Below, piece by piece: positions 1 through 9,482 of a stretch of DNA of 64,000 nt. The first letter of the stretch is position 1, and every line of letters starts with the position of its first letter. Source of the DNA: an uncultured Planctomycetia bacterium (GTDB lineage Bacteria > Omnitrophota > Gorgyraeia > 2-02-FULL-51-18). Below the pieces are notes generated by a model. That model searched no databases. It saw only the letters and a list, made by a program, of their open reading frames with translations, and had not been told where the DNA came from. The stretch is from the NCBI GenBank assembly GCA_964431835.1, contig CAYSKO010000006.1, positions 59,457 through 123,456 of the forward strand, in the 5' to 3' direction. The translations under genes were made by a program, and so were the position numbers.

Positions 1-35
1 GCCGGTGTCCATCGGCACAGACTTCAATTCCCCCC

Positions 36-118
36 TGGGCGAGGTGGGAGTCGAACCCACATGGGCCGGAGCCCAACAGATTTTAAGTCTGTCGTGTATG
101 CCATTCCACCACTCGCCC
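36..118 (-). tRNA. tRNA-Leu (anticodon UAA), long variable arm, CCA not encoded
   Basis: Reverse complement folds as a cloverleaf: acceptor GGGCGAG/CUCGCCC, anticodon loop CUUAAAA, variable-arm stem GGGC..GCCC, T-arm GTGGGTTCGACTCCCAC. Confidence 0.7.
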
Positions 119-134
119 ATGGCTCGAAACAAAA

Positions 135-208
135 TGGAGGCGCGAACCAGACTTGAACTGGTGTACACGGTTTTGCAGACCGTTGCCTAACCCCTCGGCC
201 ATCGCGCC
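135..208 (-). tRNA. tRNA-Cys (anticodon GCA), CCA encoded
   Basis: Reverse complement GGCGCGAUGGCC...CUGCAAA...CCAGUUCAAGUCUGG...UCGCGCCUCCA; 7-bp acceptor stem, anticodon loop CUGCAAA. Confidence 0.8.
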
Positions 209-216
209 GAAACCTT

Positions 217-251
217 CTAGCCCCTTACGTGGAGCAGTGTTCGGGGGCTAG
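217..251. terminator. GC-rich hairpin between coaB stop and tRNA-Cys (CTAGCCCC-N19-GGGGCTAG), flanked by AACCTT direct repeats
   Basis: 8-bp perfect inverted repeat seen in the sequence; no clear U-tract on either strand. Confidence 0.3.
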
Positions 252-287
252 GAACCTTTAAATGTAGCAAAAATGCGGCGGTCCCGT

Positions 288-923
288 CTACGCTATTTTT
301 TTCGGGCGGAGCGCATGGGCGGCGCAATCTTCGGCCTCGCGGACGACGAGCTCCGCGGCTTGCTGCTTATTAATCGAATCAAAATGCCTGTAGCGGCGGT
401 CAGAAGTTAGGAGCATCGCTTCCAGGCGGGCCTCCCCGAACGGAGAGATTTTCGAACTAACCCTTTGCACGAGAATAGCTTCCAGCTTTTTTGAATCCAG
501 CTTCCGGAAACCGTTCCGAAGAAGATCTTTCGATTCGAGCGCGAATCCGAAGAAAACTTGGGCCTTCTTTTTGGTCCGCCCCAGCGTCGCCAGTACGTCC
601 GGGTTGCGGACGAGGCGGATCCTCTTTAAAGCCGTCTTTTTCGTTTTTTCGGAGCGCACCGTCACCGGGCGCACGTCGCAGACCGCGGCCGCCATCACGA
701 AGACGTCGCACCGGGGAACGAGCTTTTTCAGCTTCGCCAGGAGTTCGCGCGCCGTTTCCGCGTCTTCGGGGCAGCGCACGCGCGTCACTTCGTGCCCGCG
801 CTTCTGCGCGGCTTGAGCGACGCGGTCCCCCATGACGCCGGTGGAGTAGTTGGAAAGGTAACGGACGGGATCGAGCGGCTCGCGCGTCGGGCCCGACACC
901 ACGAGGAAACGCAGGCGCTTCAT
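288..923 (-). CDS. coaB: Phosphopantothenate--cysteine ligase (CoaB), separate from CoaC
   Basis: Internal start MKRLRFLVVSGPTREPLDPVRYLSNYSTG matches the CoaB N-terminus; ATGA overlap with coaC stop. The track ORF 288..1151 extends upstream artefactually. Confidence 0.75.
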   Translation of the reverse strand: MKRLRFLVVSGPTREPLDPVRYLSNYSTGVMGDRVAQAAQKRGHEVTRVRCPEDAETARELLAKLKKLVPRCDVFVMAAAVCDVRPVTVRSEKTKKTALKRIRLVRNPDVLATLGRTKKKAQVFFGFALESKDLLRNGFRKLDSKKLEAILVQRVSSKISPFGEARLEAMLLTSDRRYRHFDSINKQQAAELVVREAEDCAAHALRPKKIA

Positions 924-1474
924 TTCTTGGAAGCGATCGCCTCGCGCAAGGCGGCGAGGATCGCCGCGTTTTCGGCGATGTGCCCCATGCCCTCGCCGCT
1001 GCAGACCATGTGGCCGTGGACGGGCGGAACGATCCGAACGCCGTTCTTCTTCAGGCGCTCGAGATTCTCCCGGGTGAAGGGGTTGTTGTACATTTTTTCG
1101 TTCATCGCGGGGACGACGACAATCGGCGCTTCGGTAGCGAGCACCGTGCACGTGATCACGTCGTCGGCGAGGCCGTGTGAAATTTTTGCGAGTACGTCGG
1201 CCGAGGCCGGCGCGATGAGGACCGCGTCCGATTCTTGCGCGAGCTCGATGTGGATCGGCTTGATCTGCGCGTCGACCGAAAAGAAATCCGTGATCACGCG
1301 CGAGGCCGCGAGGCTCTGAAGCGAAAGCGGCGTGACGAAATGCTGCGCGTCTTTTGTCATGGCGACGCGCACCGCGTAGCCTGCGGCGCGGAGCTCCGTG
1401 ATCAGGTCGAGCGCACGATACGCCGCGATCGACGCCGAGACGCCGAGCAGGATCTTTTTCTTATTCGTGTCCAC
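920..1474 (-). CDS. coaC: Phosphopantothenoylcysteine decarboxylase flavoprotein (CoaC)
   Basis: 184 aa; ILLGVSASIAAYRALDLITEL...PAMNEKMYNNPFTRENLERLKKNGVRIV typical of the CoaC/Dfp N-domain. Confidence 0.85.
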   Translation of the reverse strand: MDTNKKKILLGVSASIAAYRALDLITELRAAGYAVRVAMTKDAQHFVTPLSLQSLAASRVITDFFSVDAQIKPIHIELAQESDAVLIAPASADVLAKISHGLADDVITCTVLATEAPIVVVPAMNEKMYNNPFTRENLERLKKNGVRIVPPVHGHMVCSGEGMGHIAENAAILAALREAIASKK

Positions 1475-2066
1475 GGCTCACCTTCGCGAGTCGCTCGGCG
1501 CGGATGATGGTCTTCAAGACCTCCGTCGCCACGGGGATCTCCCGGTTCACGATGCGGTAGTCGCAGAGCTTAAGATCGTTGAGTTCCACGAGCTCGCGCG
1601 TCGCGACGCGGTAACGCTTCATGATCTCGCCCTTCGATTCCGTCCCGCGCTTTTCGAGACGGCGCTTCAGCTCCTCCTTCGAAGGCGGCGCGAGAAAAAT
1701 GAAGACGGCGTCGGGCTTCGTCTTCTTGACCTTCTTCGCGCCCTGCACGTCGATGAGGAGAAGGACATCGCGGCCGTTCTCGGAATGGTCCTCGACTTGT
1801 TTCTTTGCGGTGCCGTAATACTGGCCGAACACGCTCGCCCACTCGAGGAAGCCGTTCTGGTCGCGCATCTTGAAGAATTCGCGCTTTGAGACGAAGAAGT
1901 AATCCTTGCCCTGGATTTCATTGTGGCGCGGCTTGCGCGTCGTGTACGAAACCGACTGGACGATGTTCTTGTCGACCTCGAAGATTTTGTTCGCGAGGGT
2001 CGTCTTCCCCGTTCCGGAAGAAGCGGAGATGACGAAGAGGCGGCCTTGGACGGGTTTACTCGACAT
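1461..2066 (-). CDS. gmk: Guanylate kinase
   Basis: 201 aa; P-loop ISASSGTGKTTL, YTTRKPR motif, GxxYGT. Confidence 0.9.
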   Translation of the reverse strand: MSSKPVQGRLFVISASSGTGKTTLANKIFEVDKNIVQSVSYTTRKPRHNEIQGKDYFFVSKREFFKMRDQNGFLEWASVFGQYYGTAKKQVEDHSENGRDVLLLIDVQGAKKVKKTKPDAVFIFLAPPSKEELKRRLEKRGTESKGEIMKRYRVATRELVELNDLKLCDYRIVNREIPVATEVLKTIIRAERLAKVSRGHE

Positions 2067-2946
2067 TTTGCGCCTGCTCCCTTATTTTCTCGATCGCGCT
2101 CTTGGCGCGTATCACCTGCTCGGCGATCAGGGTGTCACCCGATTTGGAACCCATGGTGTTGGTCTCGCGCACCATCTCCTGGGCGATGAAATCGAGTTTG
2201 CGTCCGAGCTCGCCGGTTTCGGCGAGCGACTTCCGCATCGCGGCGATGTGCGCGCGCAGGCGAGTAACTTCTTCCGAGATGTCCGAATTCTTGACGTAGG
2301 CCGCGGCGGCGTCGGCGGCGGCGCGCTGGCGCTCCGGTCCGGCCTCGGGTGCGAACGAGGAAATTTTTTTCTCGAGATGCGCGCGGAATTCCTTCGCGAG
2401 CGCGGGCAGCCGTCGTTCGATCGCCGCGAGCGCTGCCGCGATCTCGTCCAGGCGCTTCCGAAAATCGCGTTCGAGTGCCTTCCCTTCGTCTGTGCGCGAC
2501 GCCCGAAGATTCTCGACTGCCAGCTGCGCGGCACGCGTGATCGTCTTCGAAAGCTCGCCGCGGCCTTCCGGCGAAACCTCGCGCACGAGCACGTCGGGGT
2601 AACGGAGCACTTCGGAAAAAACGGAGGCGTCCTCCGCCGTGCCGCGCGTGCCCAGAATCTGACGGAGGCGCAGAACGCTCTTGTGGACGGCACGCGCGAG
2701 GGGCTCGTTCAAATGCACGCGTCCCGAATACGCGGCTGGATCCGGCGCGTTCGCGGTGACGACGACCTTCCCGCGGCGGAGTTCGGCCGACACGAGACGG
2801 CGAAGCTGGTCTTCGAATTCGACGAGATGGTTCGGAAGACGCGGGGCGACTTCGAGGAATTTATGGTTCGTGGTTTTGATCTCCACACGGACGAGACCGT
2901 GCGGCGACCGGAGTTCGGCCCGGCCGAAGCCGGTCATGCTCTTCAT
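2056..2946 (-). CDS. yicC: YicC-family stress-induced protein
   Basis: Internal start MKSMTGFGRAE is the YicC N-terminal signature; ATGA overlap with ndk stop. The track ORF extends to 3057. Confidence 0.8.
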   Translation of the reverse strand: MKSMTGFGRAELRSPHGLVRVEIKTTNHKFLEVAPRLPNHLVEFEDQLRRLVSAELRRGKVVVTANAPDPAAYSGRVHLNEPLARAVHKSVLRLRQILGTRGTAEDASVFSEVLRYPDVLVREVSPEGRGELSKTITRAAQLAVENLRASRTDEGKALERDFRKRLDEIAAALAAIERRLPALAKEFRAHLEKKISSFAPEAGPERQRAAADAAAAYVKNSDISEEVTRLRAHIAAMRKSLAETGELGRKLDFIAQEMVRETNTMGSKSGDTLIAEQVIRAKSAIEKIREQAQNVE

Positions 2947-3470
2947 CGCGCCGAGCTGACGGCGACGGAATCCCAGATTTTCCGTTTTTCTTTCTCGACG
3001 ACGAGGTCCTTTACAGGGTAAAGAGTCTCGAGCACGATCTCGTCGGGTCCGAACCAAAGCTGGATCTCGCGCTTGGCGTCCTCGGGACTGGACGACGCGT
3101 GGATCACGTTCTCGTACACGCCCTTCGTCGTGATGCGCCCGAACGAACCGCGGATCGTTCCCGGCTCGGCTTCCTCGGGGTTCGTCGCGCCGCAGATCTT
3201 ACGAACCTTCTTGATCGCGTCCTCGCCGTGGTACACGAGCGCCATCGTGCGCTTCGTGTGGAATTCGCCCATCAAATACTGAACGATCTCTTCGAAGAAA
3301 GGCTTTTCGCGCAGATCGCGGTAATGCTCTTCGGCGAGATTGCGCGAGACCTGCTTCACCTTCGCGGCCACGATGACCAGATGCGATTCGGAAAGACGCG
3401 TGAGCACGTTTCCAGTGAGGGATTTCTGAAGACCGTCGGGTTTGATGATGACGAGCGTCGCTTCTTGCAT
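2943..3470 (-). CDS. ndk: Nucleoside diphosphate kinase with ~35 aa C-terminal extension
   Basis: TLVIIKPDG...YHGEDAIKKVRKICGATNP...GTIRGSFG...NVIHASSSPEDAKREIQLWF; 175 aa vs the usual ~140. Confidence 0.9.
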   Translation of the reverse strand: MQEATLVIIKPDGLQKSLTGNVLTRLSESHLVIVAAKVKQVSRNLAEEHYRDLREKPFFEEIVQYLMGEFHTKRTMALVYHGEDAIKKVRKICGATNPEEAEPGTIRGSFGRITTKGVYENVIHASSSPEDAKREIQLWFGPDEIVLETLYPVKDLVVEKEKRKIWDSVAVSSAR

Positions 3471-3522
3471 ACGTTCCTCTATTTTATCGGGGATGCGGGC
3501 GAAGAGTCAACCCCGCGAACGG

Positions 3523-4365
3523 TTAAGCGCCGACCAAGCGCAGCACGCGGTCCAAATCGTCCAACGAAAGATACTCGATCACGATCTTGCCGCGCTTTTT
3601 TCCGTGTTTGATACGCACGCGCGTGCCGAGGCGGCGCGCCAGGCGCTGCTCGACGTCTTGCACGTCGCGGTCTTTCGCGACAAGCTTGGGCGTTCGGCGG
3701 CTACGAGCTTCGGGAGACGCCACTTGTTCGATTTGGCGCACCGAAAGCCCCTTCTCGACGATCTCGCGGCAAACCGCTTCCTGTCGCGCCGGGTCGCCCA
3801 GCGTCAAAAGCGCTTTGGCGTGTCCAAACGTGATGAGATTTTTCGACAAACACTCTTGTACTTCTTGTGGTAAGTTAAGTATTCGCAACAGGTTAGAGAT
3901 TGATGATTTATCTTTTCCGACCTTTTGCGCGATGGAATCTTGCGTCAAACCAAACTCCATCGCAAGGCGCTGATAAGCTTTCGCCTCTTCGATGGCATTC
4001 AATTCTTCGCGCTGAACATTCTCGATAATCGAGAGCTCGAGCAAATCTTCATCCGCCACGCGACGAACGATCGCAGGGATCTCCGTGAGACCCGCTTTTT
4101 GCGCGGCGCGCCAACGGCGCTCACCGGCGATAAGCTCAAAATAGTCGTTTCCGGCTGCACGCACCAGAATCGGTTGGATAACGCCCTTTTCGCGGATGGA
4201 GTTGGCGAGCTCTTCGATCCGGTCGTCGTTAAACGTCAACCGCGGCTGGAAACGGCTCGCCCGTACCCGTTCGACTCCAATGGTCTGAATCCGTTCCTTC
4301 GGTGCGGCATCGGACGAAATGAGCGAGTCCAGTCCTCGTCCCAAAACTTTTCGATCCATGGTCAT
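3523..4365 (-). CDS. parB: Chromosome partitioning protein ParB/Spo0J
   Basis: GRGLDSLIS N-terminus, ParB box IQPILVR, HTH region; 4-nt overlap with parA. Confidence 0.9.
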   Translation of the reverse strand: MTMDRKVLGRGLDSLISSDAAPKERIQTIGVERVRASRFQPRLTFNDDRIEELANSIREKGVIQPILVRAAGNDYFELIAGERRWRAAQKAGLTEIPAIVRRVADEDLLELSIIENVQREELNAIEEAKAYQRLAMEFGLTQDSIAQKVGKDKSSISNLLRILNLPQEVQECLSKNLITFGHAKALLTLGDPARQEAVCREIVEKGLSVRQIEQVASPEARSRRTPKLVAKDRDVQDVEQRLARRLGTRVRIKHGKKRGKIVIEYLSLDDLDRVLRLVGA

Positions 4366-5243
4366 GCCTCCTCCGCTTTGGTTTCGACCACCGGCAACGC
4401 TTCGTTCAGAGCTTCCACCGGCGGTTGCACCGTTTCGTCTTCAGGCGTCTCGGGCGAATCGACCGCCTTGGCACCCGGTTCTTTATATTTAGCTTTGATC
4501 TCGCGAACCAGTTCTTTGTATTTGCGAGCACCCTCGGACTCTTTATCATAGAGGAAGATCGGCTTACCGAACCCGGGCGCTTCGCTGAGACGGATGTTCC
4601 TCGGAATCACGCTCTTATAAACTTTTTCACCGAAGTGCTTTTTTACCTCATTAATGACTTCCTGAGTCAGGTTCGTCCTGAAATCCGCCATCGTCATGAG
4701 GATCCCCTCGATTTCGAGACACTCATTCAAATTGTCTTTAACGAGCTGGATCGACTTCGTCAGCGCTCCGAGGCCTTCGAGAGCATAGTACTCACACTGA
4801 ATAGGAACAATTACGGAATGAGCGGCAGTCAGAGCGTTGATCGTGAGGAGTCCGAAAGACGGCGGGCAATCGATAAAAATAAATTTGAAGGAGGGGTCCA
4901 CTCCCTGGAGCGACTTGCGAAGCTTCGTTTCACGGCCCAGCTCGGATACCAGCTCGACTTCGGCGCCGGCTAAATTCTCATTCGAAGGGACGACGTAAAG
5001 ATTCTTTATCTCCGTCGCGACGGCAACTTCGTGAATGGGCGTCCCCTCGAGGAGCGCATGATAGATGGAATATTTTGCGGCCCGCTTGTCGACCCCCACC
5101 CCACTTGTCGCATTCCCCTGAGGGTCGAGGTCGACCAAAAGGCATTTCTGCCCTTCTAGGGCTAAGCCGGAAGCTAAAGAAACAGCGGTGCTGGTTTTCC
5201 CAACACCGCCCTTCTGGTTGCAAATGGCTATAATTTTGGTCAT
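4362..5243 (-). CDS. parA: Chromosome partitioning ATPase ParA/Soj
   Basis: KIIAICNQKGGVGKTSTAVSLA deviant Walker A; 293 aa. Confidence 0.9.
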   Translation of the reverse strand: MTKIIAICNQKGGVGKTSTAVSLASGLALEGQKCLLVDLDPQGNATSGVGVDKRAAKYSIYHALLEGTPIHEVAVATEIKNLYVVPSNENLAGAEVELVSELGRETKLRKSLQGVDPSFKFIFIDCPPSFGLLTINALTAAHSVIVPIQCEYYALEGLGALTKSIQLVKDNLNECLEIEGILMTMADFRTNLTQEVINEVKKHFGEKVYKSVIPRNIRLSEAPGFGKPIFLYDKESEGARKYKELVREIKAKYKEPGAKAVDSPETPEDETVQPPVEALNEALPVVETKAEEA

Positions 5244-5281
5244 TGAAATGATCCTATCATTTATTGAAAGGATGTCAAAGA

Positions 5282-5337
5282 GTTTCCACGTGGAAACACG
5301 GTTTAAGCGTATTTAAGCAGTTTCCACGTGGAAACTG
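5282..5337. promoter_or_regulatory. parS: Two parS-like centromere palindromes (GTTTCCACGTGGAAAC at 5282-5297; CAGTTTCCACGTGGAAACTG at 5318-5337)
   Basis: Perfect 16-bp and 20-bp palindromes immediately upstream of parA; they differ from the Firmicute parS core GTTTCACGTGAAAC only by symmetric C/G insertions. Confidence 0.6.
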
Positions 5338-7155
5338 TCAATTTCGGCGGGAGCGCTTCTCGAGGTAAACAGCTAATAGAGAGAGGTCGCACGGCGTAAC
5401 CCCGGAAATCCGCGACGCCTGACCGAAGGAAACAGGCCGGACGCGGTCGAGTTTTTCTTGGGCCTCCCGGCTTAAACCCCGGATATCCTTAAAACAAAGG
5501 TCCATTGGGATCTTTTTATCGTCGTAGTGGCGCACTCGATTAATTATCCCCTCTTCCCTCTCGACATAACCCGAATACTTAACTTCTATTTCTACACGAT
5601 TTTTAACATCCGTTTCTTCTGTTTCGTTTAGGATGTCCAAAACATCCGTGAAGCTCACTTCGCTTCTTTTAAGATATTGTTCGAGGGAGACTAATTTGTA
5701 GCGTTCCTTCTTGAGCCGCGCAAGCCAACCGTCGATTCTCCCCTTCTTACGCTGGAACGTCTCGAACACATTGTCTGGGAGCAGTCCTAGACGATGCCCA
5801 TGAGGCATGAGCCTGTCGTCCGCGTTATCTTGACGCAGCAAAAGTCGGTGTTCCGCTCGAGAAGTGAACATCCGGTAAGGTTCTTCCGTCCCGTTCGTGA
5901 CTAAATCGTCAATGAGGACTCCAATATAGGCCTCAGAGCGTTTCAAAATGAACGGCGCTTCCCCTCGCAATTTTAAAACAGCGTTTATTGCGGCCATTAG
6001 TCCTTGGCAGGCGGCCTCTTCGTACCCTGAGGTGCCATTGATCTGCCCTGCAAAATATAAATTAGCTACATTTTTGGTCTCTAACGTAGCGGTCAGCTGA
6101 GTGGGAGGGCAAAAATCATACTCGATGGCATACCCAAATCTCATAAGCTCAGCATTTTCAAGACCTTGTATGCTTCTTACAATTTCTATCTGAAGATCCT
6201 GTGGAAAACTTGTGGATAAGCCGTTGACATATATTTCGCGCGTCTGGCGGCCTTCCGGTTCGAGAAAAATCTGGTGTCTCTCGCGATCGGCGAAACGATT
6301 TATTTTATCTTCGATCGAAGGGCAGTAGCGCGGGCCTCGGCTTTGAATTTTTCCGGAATAAAGGGGAGAGCGGGCGATGTTCGCGCGTATAAGCGCGTGC
6401 GTTGTCGCGTTCGTGTACGTGAGCCAGCAGGGGAGCTGCTCCTGCGTGATTTTTTCCGTTTGGAAACTGAAGGGGAGGGGAGTTGCGTCGCCGGGCTGGA
6501 TTTCGAGCTTCGAAAAATCGATCGTTTTCGCGTCGAGCCGCGGAGGCGTTCCCGTTTTCAAGCGCTTCACTTCGAAGCCGAGCGACGCGAGGCATCCGGA
6601 GAGTCCGTGCGACGCCTTGTCTCCCGCGCGGCCGCCGCCGAACGTGACGTCCCCGATGTGAATGAGGCCGTTCAAAAAAGTTCCGGTCGTCACGATCACG
6701 GCGCGTGCGCGGTGAAGCGTTCCGATCTGCGTGAGGACGCCCGCGACCTCGCCGCTTTCGACGAGAATTTCCTTCGCCTCGCCCTGTTTCAAATCGAGAT
6801 TTTCCTGCGACTCGAGAACTTCTTTCATCGCGGTCGCGTACGCGCGTTTATCGGCCTGCGCGCGCGGCGCCCATACGGCTGGACCCTTGGACATGTTCAG
6901 CATCCGGAATTGCACGCCCGTGCGGTCGGTGACTTTCGCCATCTCGCCGCCGAGCGCGTCGATCTCGCGCACGATGTGGCCTTTGGCGATGCCGCCGATC
7001 GCAGGGTTGCAAGACATCTGCGCGACCGTGTCGGGATTCATCGTGAGCATGAGCGTCTTCGCGCCCATGCGGGCGGAAGCGAGCGCGGCTTCGCAGCCAG
7101 CGTGGCCCGCGCCGATCACGATCACGTCGTATTTTTTTCCGCACTCGACCGTCAT
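5338..7155 (-). CDS. mnmG: tRNA uridine-5-carboxymethylaminomethyl synthesis enzyme MnmG (GidA)
   Basis: 605 aa; YDVIVIGAGHAGCEAALASARMG FAD-binding N-terminus; conserved along its length. Confidence 0.95.
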   Translation of the reverse strand: MTVECGKKYDVIVIGAGHAGCEAALASARMGAKTLMLTMNPDTVAQMSCNPAIGGIAKGHIVREIDALGGEMAKVTDRTGVQFRMLNMSKGPAVWAPRAQADKRAYATAMKEVLESQENLDLKQGEAKEILVESGEVAGVLTQIGTLHRARAVIVTTGTFLNGLIHIGDVTFGGGRAGDKASHGLSGCLASLGFEVKRLKTGTPPRLDAKTIDFSKLEIQPGDATPLPFSFQTEKITQEQLPCWLTYTNATTHALIRANIARSPLYSGKIQSRGPRYCPSIEDKINRFADRERHQIFLEPEGRQTREIYVNGLSTSFPQDLQIEIVRSIQGLENAELMRFGYAIEYDFCPPTQLTATLETKNVANLYFAGQINGTSGYEEAACQGLMAAINAVLKLRGEAPFILKRSEAYIGVLIDDLVTNGTEEPYRMFTSRAEHRLLLRQDNADDRLMPHGHRLGLLPDNVFETFQRKKGRIDGWLARLKKERYKLVSLEQYLKRSEVSFTDVLDILNETEETDVKNRVEIEVKYSGYVEREEGIINRVRHYDDKKIPMDLCFKDIRGLSREAQEKLDRVRPVSFGQASRISGVTPCDLSLLAVYLEKRSRRN

Positions 7156-7174
7156 GCGGCCATCCTTGCTTTTG

Positions 7175-8815
7175 TTATTTGGCGGCGGGGGAGAGTTGGA
7201 GGTTCTTGATTTTGAGCTGATAAGCCGTCATAAGGACGGTGTTCGTGAGCCAGTAAAGAACGAGTCCCGAGGGCATTCCGTAAAAAATGAATCCGAAGAG
7301 GACGGGCATCGTGTACGCCATCATCTTCTGCTGCGCGACCATCGCGGGGTCCTGGCCTTCGATCGTGGTCTGCGTGAATTTCTGCTGAACAAACATGGCG
7401 ACCGCCATGATGAGCGGAAGGACGTGCAGTTCGTTTCCGACGAGCGGGAGCGAGAAGGGCAGCGGCACGCGGTCGGGAGAGGAGAGGTCGCGAATCCAAA
7501 GGAACCCGGCGTTCACGAGAACCACCGATTTCGAGAGCGCGACATACAGTGCGATGAACACCGGCATCTGCGCGATCATCGGCAGGCAACCGCCGAACGG
7601 GTTCACCTTGTGCTTTTTGTAGAGCTCCATCATCTCGCGGTTCAGCTTTTCCGGATTTTTTTTGTGCTGCTCCCTCAGTTTATTCATCTGCGGCTGGATG
7701 AGCTGCATGCGCTTCATCGAGAGATAGCTCGCGCGCGTGAACGGGAAGAGGAGGAGGTTGATGAGGATCGTGAGCGCGATGATCGCAAGGCCCCAGTTGC
7801 GGAAAATCTTCTGAAGAAGCTCGAGACCGCCGACGAGGAGCTTCGCGATGCCGTCGAGCTTTCCGAAATTCACGATCGGGTCGAGCGCGTCGGGCAGCGT
7901 GGCCAGATCATTCGGACCCGCGTAAAATTCGAACGAATGCTCGAGCGTGCCGCCGGCCGGCACGGAAACCGTGGGAGAAACGAGCGCGCCCGAGAAACGG
8001 TCTTTTCCGAGACCCGCGATCAAACCCGTGAACGCGCCTTCCGAGACGGGGCGCAGGATGATCGAGAACTGCCGGTCCTTCACGGCGAGCCATTCCACGG
8101 GGCCGCGACTCTCGAGCGTCTTCCCGGCCTTGTTTTCTTTCACGTGACGAAGGTCGCTCTTTTTACCGTCGCGCTTTTCGTAGAAGTTCGCCTCGATGTA
8201 CTGGCCGTCGATGGAATTGCGCTGGGGGAAGCTTTCGCCGGCCGAGAGGCGGTAACGCATCGGAAGCGGCGCGCCTGTAGTATTCCGGAAACGAAGGACG
8301 AGCGAGCCCGCGTACGAACCGCGCGGAAGCGTGAAAATTTTCTCGATCTCGACGGGGCCGGCCTGTGCGACCGCGCGCACGCCGTCCTCCGTGGTCTCGA
8401 GCGTGTAATCCGCCGCGGTGCCGGGCACGCCCGCCGCGTCAACGCGGACGGTGAGGGGCGCGGTGCCTGCGCCGGTGAGGTCGAAGAGCCGCAGCGGTTT
8501 TTTCGTTTCAGGATCGGCAAAACGCTGAAACGCGACTTGGCGCACGGCCGCGTCTTTCGGATTGAACGCGAGACTCACCGAGCCGTTGTCGACGACAACG
8601 TCGTTCACGGCGGTGAAAGATGTGGGCGTTTCCGGCGAACCAGCCGAAACCGGGAGCTCCACCGCGGGCGCACCGGCCGCGGAAACCGCGGGGGCCGCGA
8701 CGGAAGCCCGCGACGCGGTCTTGACGGGCTTCGGAATCATGGTTTCGACAAAGACCTGGTACAGGCCGATTGTGAGGAAGCAGAGGATGAGGGCCAGAAC
8801 GGTGCGCTTTTCCAT
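7175..8815 (-). CDS. yidC: Membrane protein insertase YidC
   Basis: 546 aa; large periplasmic domain plus conserved C-terminal TM core (PMIAQMPVFIALY..., GLVLYWLTNTVLMTAYQ). Confidence 0.9.
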   Translation of the reverse strand: MEKRTVLALILCFLTIGLYQVFVETMIPKPVKTASRASVAAPAVSAAGAPAVELPVSAGSPETPTSFTAVNDVVVDNGSVSLAFNPKDAAVRQVAFQRFADPETKKPLRLFDLTGAGTAPLTVRVDAAGVPGTAADYTLETTEDGVRAVAQAGPVEIEKIFTLPRGSYAGSLVLRFRNTTGAPLPMRYRLSAGESFPQRNSIDGQYIEANFYEKRDGKKSDLRHVKENKAGKTLESRGPVEWLAVKDRQFSIILRPVSEGAFTGLIAGLGKDRFSGALVSPTVSVPAGGTLEHSFEFYAGPNDLATLPDALDPIVNFGKLDGIAKLLVGGLELLQKIFRNWGLAIIALTILINLLLFPFTRASYLSMKRMQLIQPQMNKLREQHKKNPEKLNREMMELYKKHKVNPFGGCLPMIAQMPVFIALYVALSKSVVLVNAGFLWIRDLSSPDRVPLPFSLPLVGNELHVLPLIMAVAMFVQQKFTQTTIEGQDPAMVAQQKMMAYTMPVLFGFIFYGMPSGLVLYWLTNTVLMTAYQLKIKNLQLSPAAK

Positions 8816-8816
8816 C

Positions 8817-9047
8817 TTAAGCCGCCTTTCCGGCGGGAATGGGATCCCAGCCGCCGGCCGAGAACGGGTGGCAACGTCCGACCCGGGCGGCGGTCAGCGC
8901 CGAGGCGCGGAAGAAACCGTAGGAACCGAACGCTTCCGCCGCGTACCGCGAGCAGGAAGGGTGGAAACGGCAGGCGCGGGGCGCGAGATACCGGAAGAAA
9001 CTGGCCACGAGACGGATACAGACGACCGCAAGACGATTCAGGATCAA
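8817..9047 (-). CDS. yidD: Membrane protein insertion efficiency factor YidD
   Basis: 76 aa; CRFHPSCSRYAAEAFGSYG...HPFSAGGWDP signature. Confidence 0.8.
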   Translation of the reverse strand: MILNRLAVVCIRLVASFFRYLAPRACRFHPSCSRYAAEAFGSYGFFRASALTAARVGRCHPFSAGGWDPIPAGKAA

Positions 9048-9340
9048 AGGGTTTTCCTTCTTTTATTGTCAGCGCGCACGAGTGCGTTTTTCAGCTCGGA
9101 CTTCGCGCTTTCCAAAGACGGCTCCGCCGGAGACGCCGTCACGCGGAAACGGAACACGTGTCCCGTCGGAGCCTCGAGGCCGCGTATCGCCTCGCGCAAG
9201 ACCCGGCGGATACGGTTCCGCTTCGTCGCCAATCGCACCGTTTTTTTGGGGATGGAGATCAAGGGACCGCGGCCGCCCGGTAATCCGGGCGTGTCCGCTC
9301 TTACGAGAGTGACCGCGAGCCAGATCGGCTCTTCGGGCAT
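9044..9340 (-). CDS. rnpA: RNase P protein component
   Basis: 98 aa basic protein in the conserved rpmH-rnpA-yidD-yidC order; KRNRIRRVLREAIR motif. Confidence 0.85.
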   Translation of the reverse strand: MPEEPIWLAVTLVRADTPGLPGGRGPLISIPKKTVRLATKRNRIRRVLREAIRGLEAPTGHVFRFRVTASPAEPSLESAKSELKNALVRADNKRRKTL

Positions 9341-9344
9341 CCGG

Positions 9345-9482
9345 TCAGACGGTCAGCTTCCAGCGGCCCTTTTGACGACGCTTCCTGAGAACGGCGCGAC
9401 CGTCCTTGGACTGCATCTTCTTCCGGAATCCGTGGGTTCTTTTCCGTTTAATATTCGATTTATTGGTAAGGGTTTTTTTCAT
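9345..9482 (-). CDS. rpmH: 50S ribosomal protein L34
   Basis: Translated by hand: [45 protein letters not shown] (45 aa, below the ORF-track cutoff). Confidence 0.9.
   Translation of the reverse strand: MKKTLTNKSNIKRKRTHGFRKKMQSKDGRAVLRKRRQKGRWKLTV

Noticed and set aside
5-190. 61-aa plus-strand ORF at the window start
   Set aside because: It lies entirely over the tRNA-Leu and tRNA-Cys genes on the opposite strand.
6731-9283. 850-aa plus-strand ORF spanning mnmG, yidC and yidD
   Set aside because: Antisense to three strongly conserved genes; Arg/Gly-rich low-complexity translation typical of high-GC antisense frames.
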